DNA of 64,000 nucleotides from an uncultured Bacillota bacterium. Its GTDB lineage: Bacteria > Bacillota > Clostridia > Oscillospirales > Oscillospiraceae. Position numbers and translations under genes: made by a program. The stretch is taken from the NCBI GenBank assembly GCA_947649625.1, contig CANSSJ010000003.1:2055-66054 (forward strand), in the 5' to 3' direction. Of the stretch, positions 28,208-37,596 are shown one piece after another; the first letter of the stretch is position 1, and each line of letters opens with the position of its first letter. Under the pieces are notes generated by a model. It was not told the origin of the DNA. It searched no databases and saw only the letters and a list, made by a program, of their open reading frames with translations.

Positions 28208-29505
28208 ACCCCCAGCCTGTCCAGCGCCTCCAGGGCGCGTTTGGAAATCTCGGCGTTTTTGTTCCGCTTGCCCTTCACCCGGTAGCCCAGGGGCGGGATC
28301 AGGCCGAAATTGATGTTCATCGGTTGAAAGTTTACCACACTTTGGTCGCTGATGTAAAGGACCAATGCGCCCATAGCGGTCTCCTGGGGGAAATTAACAG
28401 GGGATTTCCCCTCCAGCCGCCGGGCCAGCTCCACCGCGGCCAGGCACCCGGAGGCGGTGGACTCCACATAGCCCTCCACCCCGGTGATCTGCCCGGCGAA
28501 CATCAGCCGCTCGTTCCCCCGCACCCGGTAGTACCGGTCCAGCAGCCGGGGGGAGTCCAGGAAGGTGTTCCGGTGCATCACCCCATAGCGGACGTACTCG
28601 GCGTTTTTCAGGGCGGGGATCATGGAAAACACCCGCTTCTGCTCCGGGAATTTCAGGTGGGTCTGGAAGCCCACCATATTGTAGATGGACCCCTGGGCGT
28701 TGTCCTTGCGCAGCTGGACCACGGCGAAGGGCTCCCGCCCCGTCCTGGGGTCCTTGAGCCCCACCGGCTTCAGGGGCCCATAGCACAGGGTATCCCGCCC
28801 TCGGCGGGCCATCACCTCAACAGGCATACAGCCCTCAAAGACCCCCGCGTCCTCAAAGCCGTGGACCTCCGCCTCCTGGGCGGTGGTCAGTTCCCGCCAG
28901 AAGGCGTCGTACTCCTCCGCCGTCAGGGGGCAGTTGATGTAGTCCGGCGTGCCCCGGTCGTACCGGGAGGCGAACCAGGCGCTGTCCATGTCGACGCTGT
29001 CGAAGGTGACCAGCGGAGCGGCGGCGTCGAAGAAGTTGAGATATTTGCTGTCGGGGAACAGCGCCCCGATCTTCTCCGACAGGGCCTCAGAGGTCAGGGG
29101 GCCGGTGGCAATGATGACGTTCCCCTCCGCCGGGATCTCGGTGACCTCCCCCTCCGCGACGGTGATGTTGGGGTGGGTTTTTATTTTTTCGGTGATGGCG
29201 GCGGCAAAGGCGTGGCGGTCCACCGCCAGTGCGCCCCCCGCCTCCACCCGATGGGCGTCGGCACAGGCCATGATGAGGGAATTACACCGGCGCAGCTCCT
29301 CCTTGAGGAGGCCCACCGCGTTCTCCAGCTGGTCGGACCGCAGGGAGTTGGAGCACACCAGCTCCCCGAAATACTCCGTGTGGTGGGCGGGGGACATCTT
29401 CGCGGGCTTCATCTCCCGCAGTTCCACGGGAATCCCCCGCCGGGCCAGCTGCCAGGCCGCCTCGCTCCCCGCCAGCCCCGCGCCGATGACGGTTACTTTG
29501 TCCAT
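28204..29505 (-). CDS. trmFO: FAD/folate-dependent tRNA m5U54 methyltransferase
   Basis: VIGAGLAGSEAA, ELVCSNS, YGPLKPVGL, YGVMHRN, AGQITGVEGY. Confidence 0.96.
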   Translation of the reverse strand: MDKVTVIGAGLAGSEAAWQLARRGIPVELREMKPAKMSPAHHTEYFGELVCSNSLRSDQLENAVGLLKEELRRCNSLIMACADAHRVEAGGALAVDRHAFAAAITEKIKTHPNITVAEGEVTEIPAEGNVIIATGPLTSEALSEKIGALFPDSKYLNFFDAAAPLVTFDSVDMDSAWFASRYDRGTPDYINCPLTAEEYDAFWRELTTAQEAEVHGFEDAGVFEGCMPVEVMARRGRDTLCYGPLKPVGLKDPRTGREPFAVVQLRKDNAQGSIYNMVGFQTHLKFPEQKRVFSMIPALKNAEYVRYGVMHRNTFLDSPRLLDRYYRVRGNERLMFAGQITGVEGYVESTASGCLAAVELARRLEGKSPVNFPQETAMGALVLYISDQSVVNFQPMNINFGLIPPLGYRVKGKRNKNAEISKRALEALDRLGV

Positions 29506-29517
29506 TTGGATCTCCTT

Positions 29518-29593
29518 GTAAGGGCCGCCGCCCTCGGCGGCCCGATTCTCATATTTAGCACCGTTACGGGGCGGCGAGGGCGCCGCCCCCTAC
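29518..29593. repeat. Inverted REP pair (GTAA and GTAG variants) between topA and trmFO
   Basis: GTAAGGGCCGCCGCCCTCGGCGGCCCG ... CGGGGCGGCGAGGGCGCCGCCCCCTAC. Confidence 0.75.
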
Positions 29594-29594
29594 A

Positions 29595-31886
29595 TTACGT
29601 CTTCTTGGCAGTCGTCGCTTTCTTGGTGGCTGCTTTTTTTGTTGTGGTCTTTTTGGCGGCGGACTTTTTTGCTGCGGGCTTCTTGGCAGCGGTTTTCTTG
29701 GGCTTCTCCGCCGGTTCGGCGGGGGCGGACTCCTTCTTCTTCCATCCGCCCCGCTTGTCCTCGGGGGTGAAGTTGGCACACTTCTCGTTGACGCAGAAGG
29801 GCTTCTTGGCCCCCCGGCCCGACTTTTTGAACATGGTCTGACCGCAGACGGGACAGTTATCCTTTACGGGCACGTCGAAGGTGACAAACTCGCACCGCTG
29901 ACCCTCGTCCTTGCTGCTCCGGCGCTCACAGCAGTAGTAGGTGTACTGCTTGCCTGTCTTCTTGCTCTTTCCGGTGCGCTTGAACAGCCGCCCGCCGCAC
30001 AGGGGGCACTTGCCCGGCATCTCCACCACCAGGGGCATGGTGAAGTCGCACTCCGGCCAGCCGGGGCAGGCTAGGAACCGGCCAAACCGGCCCGACTTGA
30101 TGACCAGATTCCGCCCGCACTGAGGACAGATCTCCTCAGAAACCTCGTCGGGCACCTTGATCCGGGCCCCGTCCAGTTCCTGCTCCGCTTTTTTCAGTTC
30201 GGCGTCGAAATTCTTGTAGAAGTCGGCAAGAAGGGCCTTCCAGTCGGCAGTTCCCTCTTCCACCTTATCCAGCCGCTGCTCCATCTGGGCGGTAAAGTCG
30301 TAGTCCACGATATCGTGGAACTTATCCTTCATCAGGCCGGTGACCACCTCCCCCAGCGGGGTGGGGCGCAGGGCCTTGCCCCCCTCCTTTACCACGTATT
30401 CCCGGTTCAGGATGGTGGTAATGGTGGGGGCGTAGGTGGAGGGCCGGCCAATACCCTGCTCCTCCAGGGCCCGGATGAGGCTGGCCTCAGAGTAGCGGGC
30501 GGGGGGCTGGGTAAAGTGCTGGTCTCTGGTAAGTTTCTTGTGGGTGAGGATCTCCCCCTCCTTCAGGTCGGGCAGGGGAGAGGACTTTTTCTCCTCCTCT
30601 TCCTCGTCCCTCCCCTCCTCATAGACGGCGGTGAAGCCGGAGAATTTCAGGGAGGAGTGGCTGGCCCGGAAGATATATCCGGAGTTTTCCACGTCGATGG
30701 ACAGGCTGTCGTAGACGGCGTTGGCCATCTGGCAGGCCAGAAACCGGGACCAAATCAGCCTGTACAGCCGGAACTGCTCGGCGGTCAGGTCCTTCTTGAT
30801 GTCCTCGGGGACCAGGGTAACGTCGGAGGGGCGGATGGCCTCGTGGGCATCCTGGGCGTTCCCCTTGGTCTTGAATCTTCGGGGCTGGGCGGGGCAGTAG
30901 GCTCCGCCATACCGCTGGCTGATAAAACCCCGGGCCGCGGCCACCGCCTCGTCGGACAGGCGCAGGGAGTCGGTACGCATATAGGTGATGAGGCCCACGG
31001 CCCCCTGGCCGGCAACGTCGATACCCTCATAGAGCTGCTGGGCCACCGCCATAGTGCGGGCGGGGGACATGTTCAGCTTGCGGCTGGCCTCCTGCTGGAG
31101 AGTCGAGGTGGTAAAGGGAGGAGCCGGCTGGCGGCTTTTCTCCTGCCGCTTCACCTTGGCCACCGACCAGCTCCCTTGGGAGACGGCGGCGATCACGTCC
31201 TCCGCCTCCTGCTGGCTGTGGAGCTCCATTTTCCTGTCCCGGCCGTGGAACTGGGCCTTGAAGGCGCCTGTATGGGGGCTTACCCGCTCCAGGTCGGCCT
31301 CGATGGACCAGTACTCCTGGGGGACAAAGGCCCGGATCTCCAGCTCCCGCTCCACCACAAGGCGGGTGGCGACAGACTGTACCCGGCCGGCGGACAGCCC
31401 CTGGCGGATCTTCTTCCACAGCAGAGGGGAGAGCTGGTAGCCCACGATCCGGTCCAGGATGCGCCGGGCCTGCTGGGCGTCCACCAGATTCTGGTCGATG
31501 GCCCGGGGGGCGGCGATGGACTGATTGACCACATTTTTGGTGATCTCGTTGAAGGTCACCCGGTAGGTCTTGTCGTCCGGGATGTTGAGCAGCTCCTTCA
31601 GATGCCAGGAGATGGCCTCCCCCTCCCGGTCAGGGTCGGTGGCCAGATAGACCTTGTCGGAGCGTTTGGCCGCCTTTTTCAGGTCGCTGATGACATCCTC
31701 TTTGCCCTTGATGGGCTGGTAGTCGGGGACGAAGCCGTGCTCGATGTCCACGCTCAGTTTGCTCTTGGGCAGGTCCCGGACATGTCCCATGGACGCCTTC
31801 ACCTCATACCCCGGTCCCAGGTACTTGCCGATGGTCTTGGCCTTGGACGGGGACTCTACGATCACTAAGTCAGTCTTATTTGCCAC
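29595..31886 (-). CDS. topA: DNA topoisomerase I with three Zn ribbons and a Lys/Ala-rich tail
   Basis: VESPSKAK, ATDPDREGE, GRVQS, ITYMRTDS; GTG start. Confidence 0.97.
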   Translation of the reverse strand: MANKTDLVIVESPSKAKTIGKYLGPGYEVKASMGHVRDLPKSKLSVDIEHGFVPDYQPIKGKEDVISDLKKAAKRSDKVYLATDPDREGEAISWHLKELLNIPDDKTYRVTFNEITKNVVNQSIAAPRAIDQNLVDAQQARRILDRIVGYQLSPLLWKKIRQGLSAGRVQSVATRLVVERELEIRAFVPQEYWSIEADLERVSPHTGAFKAQFHGRDRKMELHSQQEAEDVIAAVSQGSWSVAKVKRQEKSRQPAPPFTTSTLQQEASRKLNMSPARTMAVAQQLYEGIDVAGQGAVGLITYMRTDSLRLSDEAVAAARGFISQRYGGAYCPAQPRRFKTKGNAQDAHEAIRPSDVTLVPEDIKKDLTAEQFRLYRLIWSRFLACQMANAVYDSLSIDVENSGYIFRASHSSLKFSGFTAVYEEGRDEEEEEKKSSPLPDLKEGEILTHKKLTRDQHFTQPPARYSEASLIRALEEQGIGRPSTYAPTITTILNREYVVKEGGKALRPTPLGEVVTGLMKDKFHDIVDYDFTAQMEQRLDKVEEGTADWKALLADFYKNFDAELKKAEQELDGARIKVPDEVSEEICPQCGRNLVIKSGRFGRFLACPGWPECDFTMPLVVEMPGKCPLCGGRLFKRTGKSKKTGKQYTYYCCERRSSKDEGQRCEFVTFDVPVKDNCPVCGQTMFKKSGRGAKKPFCVNEKCANFTPEDKRGGWKKKESAPAEPAEKPKKTAAKKPAAKKSAAKKTTTKKAATKKATTAKKT

Positions 31887-31918
31887 GTTGGATTTACCTC
31901 CAGAGATTGATTACGAAT

Positions 31919-33136
31919 TCAGTTTTCCAGCTCCACCGCCGCGTAGAACCTGCGGCCGGGGCGCTCCTCCACCGCCCCCTGGATCTGGAGCATGGTAAGG
32001 GCGGACAGCACCCGCTTGGCGGGGATCTGGGTCCTCTCCACGATCTCATCGGCGGTGAGGGCCGTCTTGGCGGCGGCTAAAATCGCCAGCTCATCGTCGG
32101 TAAAGCGGGTCTTCTGCTGCTCCCGGGGGACAATCTCCCGGGCCGATGGGGAGGGTTCCGCCTTTTTCCGGACCTCCGGGGCGGGCTTGTCCTCCGCCGG
32201 GGCGGACAGCCGCGCCTCAGCCACCGCCCGGGGCAGCGGGGCCAGCGCCGCCAGCCTGGAAGGGAACAGCTCCACAAAGTCCTCCAGGATGTCCTCCGCC
32301 TTCTCCGCCAGCTTGGCTCTCCGCTCTTTAATCAGCCAGTTGGTCCCCCGGGCGCACTCCTCGTCCAGACCGATTGGGATGGCGTACACCTCCCGGCCCT
32401 GCTCCAGGGCGTGGTTGACGGTGAGCATGGTGCCGCCGCTGGGCTGGCACTCCACGGCCAGCACGCCTAGACACAGGCCGCTCAAAATGCGGTTGCGAGG
32501 GTTAAAGTGACTGCCCTTGTGGGGCGTGCCCGGCGGGTACTCGGAGATGAGTGCCCCCGCGGCGGCCACATCCTCAAACAGATAGCGGTTCTCCCAGGGG
32601 AAGGGCACGTCCACGCCCCCGGCCAGCAGGGAGACCACCGGCCCGCCCCCCTTGAGGGCGCCCCGAACGGCGCAGCAGTCGATGCCCTCGGCGATGCCGG
32701 ACACCACCAGCGCCCCGTTAGCGGCCAGCTCCATGCCGAACCGCTCCGCCCGGGTCTGGCTCACCTGGGCGCATTTGCGCATTCCCACCACGGCGATAGC
32801 CGGCTCCTCGTCAAAGCGGAAGGCCTTCCCCCGGATATACAGCACCACCGGCGGCACGCCGATCTGCCGCAGCCGCTGGGGATAGTCCGCATCCTGAAAG
32901 GTCATGACCCGCACGCCCAGCCGGTCGCAGTCCCCCAGAATCTTATTGGGTTCGTCCATGCTCTTGTCCAACAGGGACTGCCGGGCGAAGGGGGGCAGAG
33001 GCAGGGCGTCGTAGTCCTCCTTCTCCCCGTAGTAGGCCCGCTCCGGGGTGATAAAATGGTCTATCACCGCCAGCGCCCCCGCCGGGCCCAGCCCCTTCCG
33101 GGTGGTCAGCCACAGCCAGTATTCCAGCTCCGCCAT
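31919..33136 (-). CDS. dprA: DNA processing protein DprA/Smf
   Basis: VVSGIAEGID, LISEYPPG, RNRILSGL, C-terminal winged helix. Confidence 0.94.
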   Translation of the reverse strand: MAELEYWLWLTTRKGLGPAGALAVIDHFITPERAYYGEKEDYDALPLPPFARQSLLDKSMDEPNKILGDCDRLGVRVMTFQDADYPQRLRQIGVPPVVLYIRGKAFRFDEEPAIAVVGMRKCAQVSQTRAERFGMELAANGALVVSGIAEGIDCCAVRGALKGGGPVVSLLAGGVDVPFPWENRYLFEDVAAAGALISEYPPGTPHKGSHFNPRNRILSGLCLGVLAVECQPSGGTMLTVNHALEQGREVYAIPIGLDEECARGTNWLIKERRAKLAEKAEDILEDFVELFPSRLAALAPLPRAVAEARLSAPAEDKPAPEVRKKAEPSPSAREIVPREQQKTRFTDDELAILAAAKTALTADEIVERTQIPAKRVLSALTMLQIQGAVEERPGRRFYAAVELEN

Positions 33137-33218
33137 CGGTCGCTCCCCCTCTCCGTCAAATTGTTCTTTACAAATTTCCCATTCCAGAGTATGGTTATTC
33201 CGTTAGGAAGTGATTTTT

Positions 33219-34424
33219 ATGTCCAACCGTCCCCACTACGCCTGGCTGGTCTGCCTGGGCGGGGCGCTGGCCCTGTTCGCGGTGATGGGCCTGGGGGTCA
33301 ATGTCTTCTCGGTCTATCAGCCGGAGATCATCCGCCTGAACGGCTTCACTGACGCCCAGGGCTCCTGGATCACCACCACCCGCAGCCTGTTCATCCTGGC
33401 CGCCCTGCTGTGCGTCAACCAGCTGTGCACCCGGTTCGGCCTGCGGCGGATCATGAGCGCCGGCGTCCTTCTGGTGGGTCTCTCCTGCGTCTGCTTCGCC
33501 TACGCCGGTAGCTTCCCCATGTACTGCGCGGCCGCCGCCCTCACCGGGGTCGGCTACTGCTGGGGCGGGATGGTGCCCATCTCCCTGGCCATCGGCCGGT
33601 GGTTCCGTGACCGGCGGGGGCTGGCTCTGGGGCTGGCCTCAGCGGGCAGCGGGGTCTCCACCGTCTTCGCCCCGGTGCTCCTCACCCGGCTCATGGAACG
33701 CCGCGGGATGCGGGCCGCCTTCCTGTGGGAGGGGGCCGTCGTCTTCCTGTGCGCCGTTCTGGTGTGGCGGCTGGTGCGGGACGACCCGGCCAAACTGGGC
33801 CTGGCCCCCTACGGCCGCTCCGGCCCTCAGCCGCCGGAGGAGGCCGCCGGCCAAAAGAGCGGCGCGGGGCTGTCCGGAGGGCGGTGGACGCTCCTCCTGC
33901 TGGCCGCCCTGTTCGTGGGGGCCACCGGCGGGCCGGGCTTTTCCCACCTGACCATGCTCTATACATCCTCCGGCTGCGACAGTCTCTTTGTGGCCGGACT
34001 GCTGTCCTGGCTGGGGGCCGCGATCAGCCTGGGCAAGATCCTCTGCGGCCAGGTCTACGACCGTCTGGGGGGCCGGGGCGGCAACCGCTTTACCTTCGGC
34101 ACCCTGCTGGTCTCTCTGGTCCTGTGCTGTCTGGCCCCTGCGGGCGGCGTGCTCCTCCCCGTTCTGGCCATTACGGCCTTCGGGCTGGGTATGTCCATCA
34201 CCGCCGTCTCCCCCGCCCGGTGGGCGGCCGACCTGTGCGCCGACTACGAGAGCGCGGTACGCACCATCACGGTGGCCTTCACGGCGGGCATCTTCGTCTT
34301 CGGACCGCTGCCCGGCCTGCTGGCCGGCCGGCTGGGCAGCTATGTCCCCGCCTATATCGTCTTTTTCGTCCTGTTATTGGCCGCCTTTCTGATCCTACAG
34401 GGGCTGTACCGGAAAAGAACCTAG
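33219..34424 (+). CDS. MFS transporter
   Basis: About 12 TM helices; RWFRDRRGLALGLASAGSG; YDRLG. Confidence 0.88.
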   Translation: MSNRPHYAWLVCLGGALALFAVMGLGVNVFSVYQPEIIRLNGFTDAQGSWITTTRSLFILAALLCVNQLCTRFGLRRIMSAGVLLVGLSCVCFAYAGSFPMYCAAAALTGVGYCWGGMVPISLAIGRWFRDRRGLALGLASAGSGVSTVFAPVLLTRLMERRGMRAAFLWEGAVVFLCAVLVWRLVRDDPAKLGLAPYGRSGPQPPEEAAGQKSGAGLSGGRWTLLLLAALFVGATGGPGFSHLTMLYTSSGCDSLFVAGLLSWLGAAISLGKILCGQVYDRLGGRGGNRFTFGTLLVSLVLCCLAPAGGVLLPVLAITAFGLGMSITAVSPARWAADLCADYESAVRTITVAFTAGIFVFGPLPGLLAGRLGSYVPAYIVFFVLLLAAFLILQGLYRKRT

Positions 34425-35173
34425 CGGCCCATCTCCCACAGCACGACGGCGGCGGCCGCCGCCGCGTTCAGCGATTCGCACCGCTCCCGCATGGGAATTT
34501 TAATCGTCTTTTCACTCAGGCGGAGCAGCTCCGGGGAGACCCCTCTCCCCTCGCTCCCGATCACGACGGCGCAGCGGCTGAGCTGTGCCGTTTTGATATC
34601 TACGGTGTCCTCCCGCAGGGCGGTGGCGTACAGGGGCAGGCCGGACCGCTCCAGCAGCTCCGGAAGCTCCTCCGCCTCCACCTCGTAGAGGGGCAGGCGG
34701 AAGCAGGCCCCCATGGTGGAGCGTACCGTCTTGGGGGAGAAGGGGTCGGCACAGCGGTTCGTGAGGATCAGGCCGTCCGCCCCCAGGGCGTCGGCGGTGC
34801 GCCAGATGGTCCCCACGTTGCCCGGGTCCTGGAGGCCGTCCAGCACCAGCCAGCGGTCCCCTTCCAGCCGCTCCGGCGGCGTGGTATCCGGCATCTGAGC
34901 CAGAAACAGCACCCCCTGGGGGGTCTGGGTATCGCACAGACTCTTGAGCAGGTCGGAGGGGACCTCCACCCGCCGGGCATTTTCCGGGCAGACCGTCTCT
35001 GTCCCCCCGGCGGTGACGACGGTGTGGATAACTGCCCCCACCTTTGCCGCCTCCTCCAGCAGTTTAGGCCCCTCAGCGGAAAACAGCCCCGCCTCCCGCC
35101 GGGCGGACCGGGAACTGTTCAGCCTGCGGATCTGGGCCGCCAACGGATTTTGGCGGCTGGTGATGATTTCCAA
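34421..35173 (-). CDS. TrmH/SpoU family RNA methyltransferase
   Basis: TTG start after AAAGGAGG; LQDPGNVGTI, GSEGRGV, IPMRERCESLN. Confidence 0.9.
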   Translation of the reverse strand: MEIITSRQNPLAAQIRRLNSSRSARREAGLFSAEGPKLLEEAAKVGAVIHTVVTAGGTETVCPENARRVEVPSDLLKSLCDTQTPQGVLFLAQMPDTTPPERLEGDRWLVLDGLQDPGNVGTIWRTADALGADGLILTNRCADPFSPKTVRSTMGACFRLPLYEVEAEELPELLERSGLPLYATALREDTVDIKTAQLSRCAVVIGSEGRGVSPELLRLSEKTIKIPMRERCESLNAAAAAAVVLWEMGR

Positions 35174-35252
35174 GGGAGTCCGCCTCCTTTTGGACACGAT
35201 TCTTATATGATAAAGGTATCCCCCCCGGTTGTCAAGAAAAGTTTTTTGTCGA

Positions 35253-36038
35253 TTATGGGAGTTCCCCCTCAAACACCGTCCGGGCGGGACCGGTCATGAA
35301 GATGTTCTCCCCCCGTTTTTCCAGGCTAAGAACGCCCCCGGGCAGGGCGGCCTCCACCCTTGCGCCGCAGCGGTTTTCCTCCAGGGCGGCGGTGAAGGAG
35401 GCGCAGGCCCCGGTGCCGCAGGCCAGGGTAATGCCGCTCCCCCGCTCCCACACCCGGAGGGTGATATGCTCCCGGTCCGGACAGGACACAAACTCGATGT
35501 TCCGCCGTTCCCCCAGGACGGGGTGGACCTCCAGGACGGGCCCCAGCCGCTCCAGGTCAATCTTCCCCGGGTCGGGACAGAAGACTACCCCGTGGGGGTT
35601 GCCCACATTCACGGGGATCACGGTAAACATCTCTCCCAGCGCCTCCACCTCCACAGAATCGCCCACCCGGGCCGCCCCCATGTCCACTGTCACCGCGTCC
35701 ACCTGCCCGCCCAGAACATGGAGCTCCAGCCGCCGGGGGCCCGCCCCGGTATCGACGGTAAGGCAGGTCTTGCGGGTAAGGCCTCTGTCGTAGACGTACC
35801 TGCCCACGCAGCGGATGCCGTTGCCGCACATGGCCCCCCTGGAGCCGTCGGCGTTGTACATCTCCATGGTAAAGTCCCCGGTCCGGCCCGGTTTGATGCA
35901 GATGATCCCGTCCGCTCCCACGCCGAAGTGCCGGTCGGACAGCCGGACTGCCAGGGCGGGCAGGTCCTCCGGCACCTCCTCCAGACAATTGAGGTAGATG
36001 TAGTCGTTGCCCAGGCCCTCCATTTTCGTGAAACGCAT
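35253..36038 (-). CDS. dapF: Diaminopimelate epimerase
   Basis: GLGNDY, MCGNGIRC, GNPHGV, WERGSGITLACGTG. Confidence 0.95.
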   Translation of the reverse strand: MRFTKMEGLGNDYIYLNCLEEVPEDLPALAVRLSDRHFGVGADGIICIKPGRTGDFTMEMYNADGSRGAMCGNGIRCVGRYVYDRGLTRKTCLTVDTGAGPRRLELHVLGGQVDAVTVDMGAARVGDSVEVEALGEMFTVIPVNVGNPHGVVFCPDPGKIDLERLGPVLEVHPVLGERRNIEFVSCPDREHITLRVWERGSGITLACGTGACASFTAALEENRCGARVEAALPGGVLSLEKRGENIFMTGPARTVFEGELP

Positions 36039-36088
36039 ATGATCGCCCCTTTCCGATTCCAGCCTATGCTCCTATTCCCATAGAAAGA

Positions 36089-36114
36089 CCGGGGATGGCG
36101 GCAGCCATCCCCGG
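36089..36114 (-). terminator. Hairpin after glnA
   Basis: CCGGGGATGGC-ggca-GCCATCCCCGG; no clear U-tract. Confidence 0.55.
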
Positions 36115-36121
36115 CGGGATC

Positions 36122-37453
36122 TCAATAGATGACCAGATACTTTTCCAGCTCCCAGCTGGACACGCGGGTCTGGTACTCGTCCCACTCCCGCAGCTTGCCC
36201 TTGATATAGTGCTCGGCCACATGCTGGCCCAGCACGTCCAGGATGAGGGCGTCCTTTTCCAGCTCGTCCAGGGCATCTTTCAGGGTGTCGGGCAGGGTGT
36301 GGATGCCGTTGGACTCCCGGACAGCGTCGTCCATGGCGTAGATGTCGCCGGTGATCTCGGGGGGCGGGGTGAGACCCCGGGCGATACCGTCCAGACCGGC
36401 GGCCAGGCACACGGCCACCGCCAGATAGGGGTTGCAGGCGGGGTCGGGGGAGCGCAGCTCCACCCGGGTGGCCTGGCCCCGGGCGGCGGGGATGCGGATG
36501 AGGGCGGACCGGTTGGAGGCCGACCAGGCCCGGTAGCGGGGGGCCTCATGTCCGGCGCCCAGCCGCTTATAGGAGTTGACCAGGGGGTTGGTCACCGCCG
36601 TGAAGCCCTGAACGTGGTCCAGCAGGCCCGCGATGAAGGAGTAGGCCGTCTTGGACAGCCCCCGCTCCCCGTTGGCGTCGTAGAACACATTTTTCCCGTC
36701 CTTGAACAGGGACATGTTCAGGTGCATACCGCTGCCGGCGATGTCGTAGATGGGCTTGGGCATAAAGGTGGCGTGGAGGCCGTTCTTCTGGGCGATGCTC
36801 TTGGCGGTGAGCTTGAAGGTCATGATCTTGTCCGCCCCATCCAGGGCGTTGTTGTACTTGAAGTCGATCTCGTGCTGGGCCACGGCGCATTCGTGGTGGC
36901 TGGCCTCGATCTCAAAGCCCATCTTCTCCAGGTTCAGGCAGATCTCCTGGCGGGTGGACTCGCCGTGGTCCAGGGGGCCCAGATCGAAGTAGGCGGCCTC
37001 GTCCTTGGTGCGGGTGGTGGCCCGGCCGTTCTCGTCGGTCTCAAAGAGGAAGAACTCCAGCTCGGGGCCGATGTTGAACACGTCGAAGCCCATGGACTCC
37101 GCCCGGCGGAGCACCCGGCGCAGCACCCCCCGGGGGTCGCCCACGAAGGGGGTGCCGTCGGTGTTGTACACGTCGCAGAACATCCGGGCCACCCGGCCCC
37201 CGGCCACCTTCTCCGGGACGACGATAAAGCTGTCCAGGTCGGGGTAGAGGCACTGGTCCGACTCGTGGATGCGGGTGAAGCCCTCGATGGAGGAGCCGTC
37301 GAACATGATCTGGTTGTTCACCGCCTTCTCCACCTGGGAGGCGGTGATGGCCACATTTTTCATCTGGCCGAAAATATCGGTAAACTGCATCCGGATAAAT
37401 TCGATCTTCTCGTCCCGGACAATGCGGATAATGTCCTCTCTGGTATAGGCCAT
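36122..37453 (-). CDS. glnA: Glutamine synthetase type I
   Basis: MFDGSSIEGF, GPELEFF, HHECA, FMPKP, GSGMH, ELRSPDP. Confidence 0.96.
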   Translation of the reverse strand: MAYTREDIIRIVRDEKIEFIRMQFTDIFGQMKNVAITASQVEKAVNNQIMFDGSSIEGFTRIHESDQCLYPDLDSFIVVPEKVAGGRVARMFCDVYNTDGTPFVGDPRGVLRRVLRRAESMGFDVFNIGPELEFFLFETDENGRATTRTKDEAAYFDLGPLDHGESTRQEICLNLEKMGFEIEASHHECAVAQHEIDFKYNNALDGADKIMTFKLTAKSIAQKNGLHATFMPKPIYDIAGSGMHLNMSLFKDGKNVFYDANGERGLSKTAYSFIAGLLDHVQGFTAVTNPLVNSYKRLGAGHEAPRYRAWSASNRSALIRIPAARGQATRVELRSPDPACNPYLAVAVCLAAGLDGIARGLTPPPEITGDIYAMDDAVRESNGIHTLPDTLKDALDELEKDALILDVLGQHVAEHYIKGKLREWDEYQTRVSSWELEKYLVIY

Positions 37454-37596
37454 AAGCGAAACCCCTCACTTTTTTAAATTTCGGTCTTTAGTATCGCATT
37501 GACAGGGCGGTATTGTCAAGGAATTTTATTGACAAATCGACGTAAATTAGATAGACTGTCTGTTGCCTTATATACAGAAAAGGAGCGATCAGCCCT

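Noticed and set aside
37499-37519. GlnR/TnrA box upstream of glnA
   Set aside because: Palindrome is TGACA-N9-TGTCA rather than TGTNA-N7-TNACA, and is partly explained by a -35 hexamer
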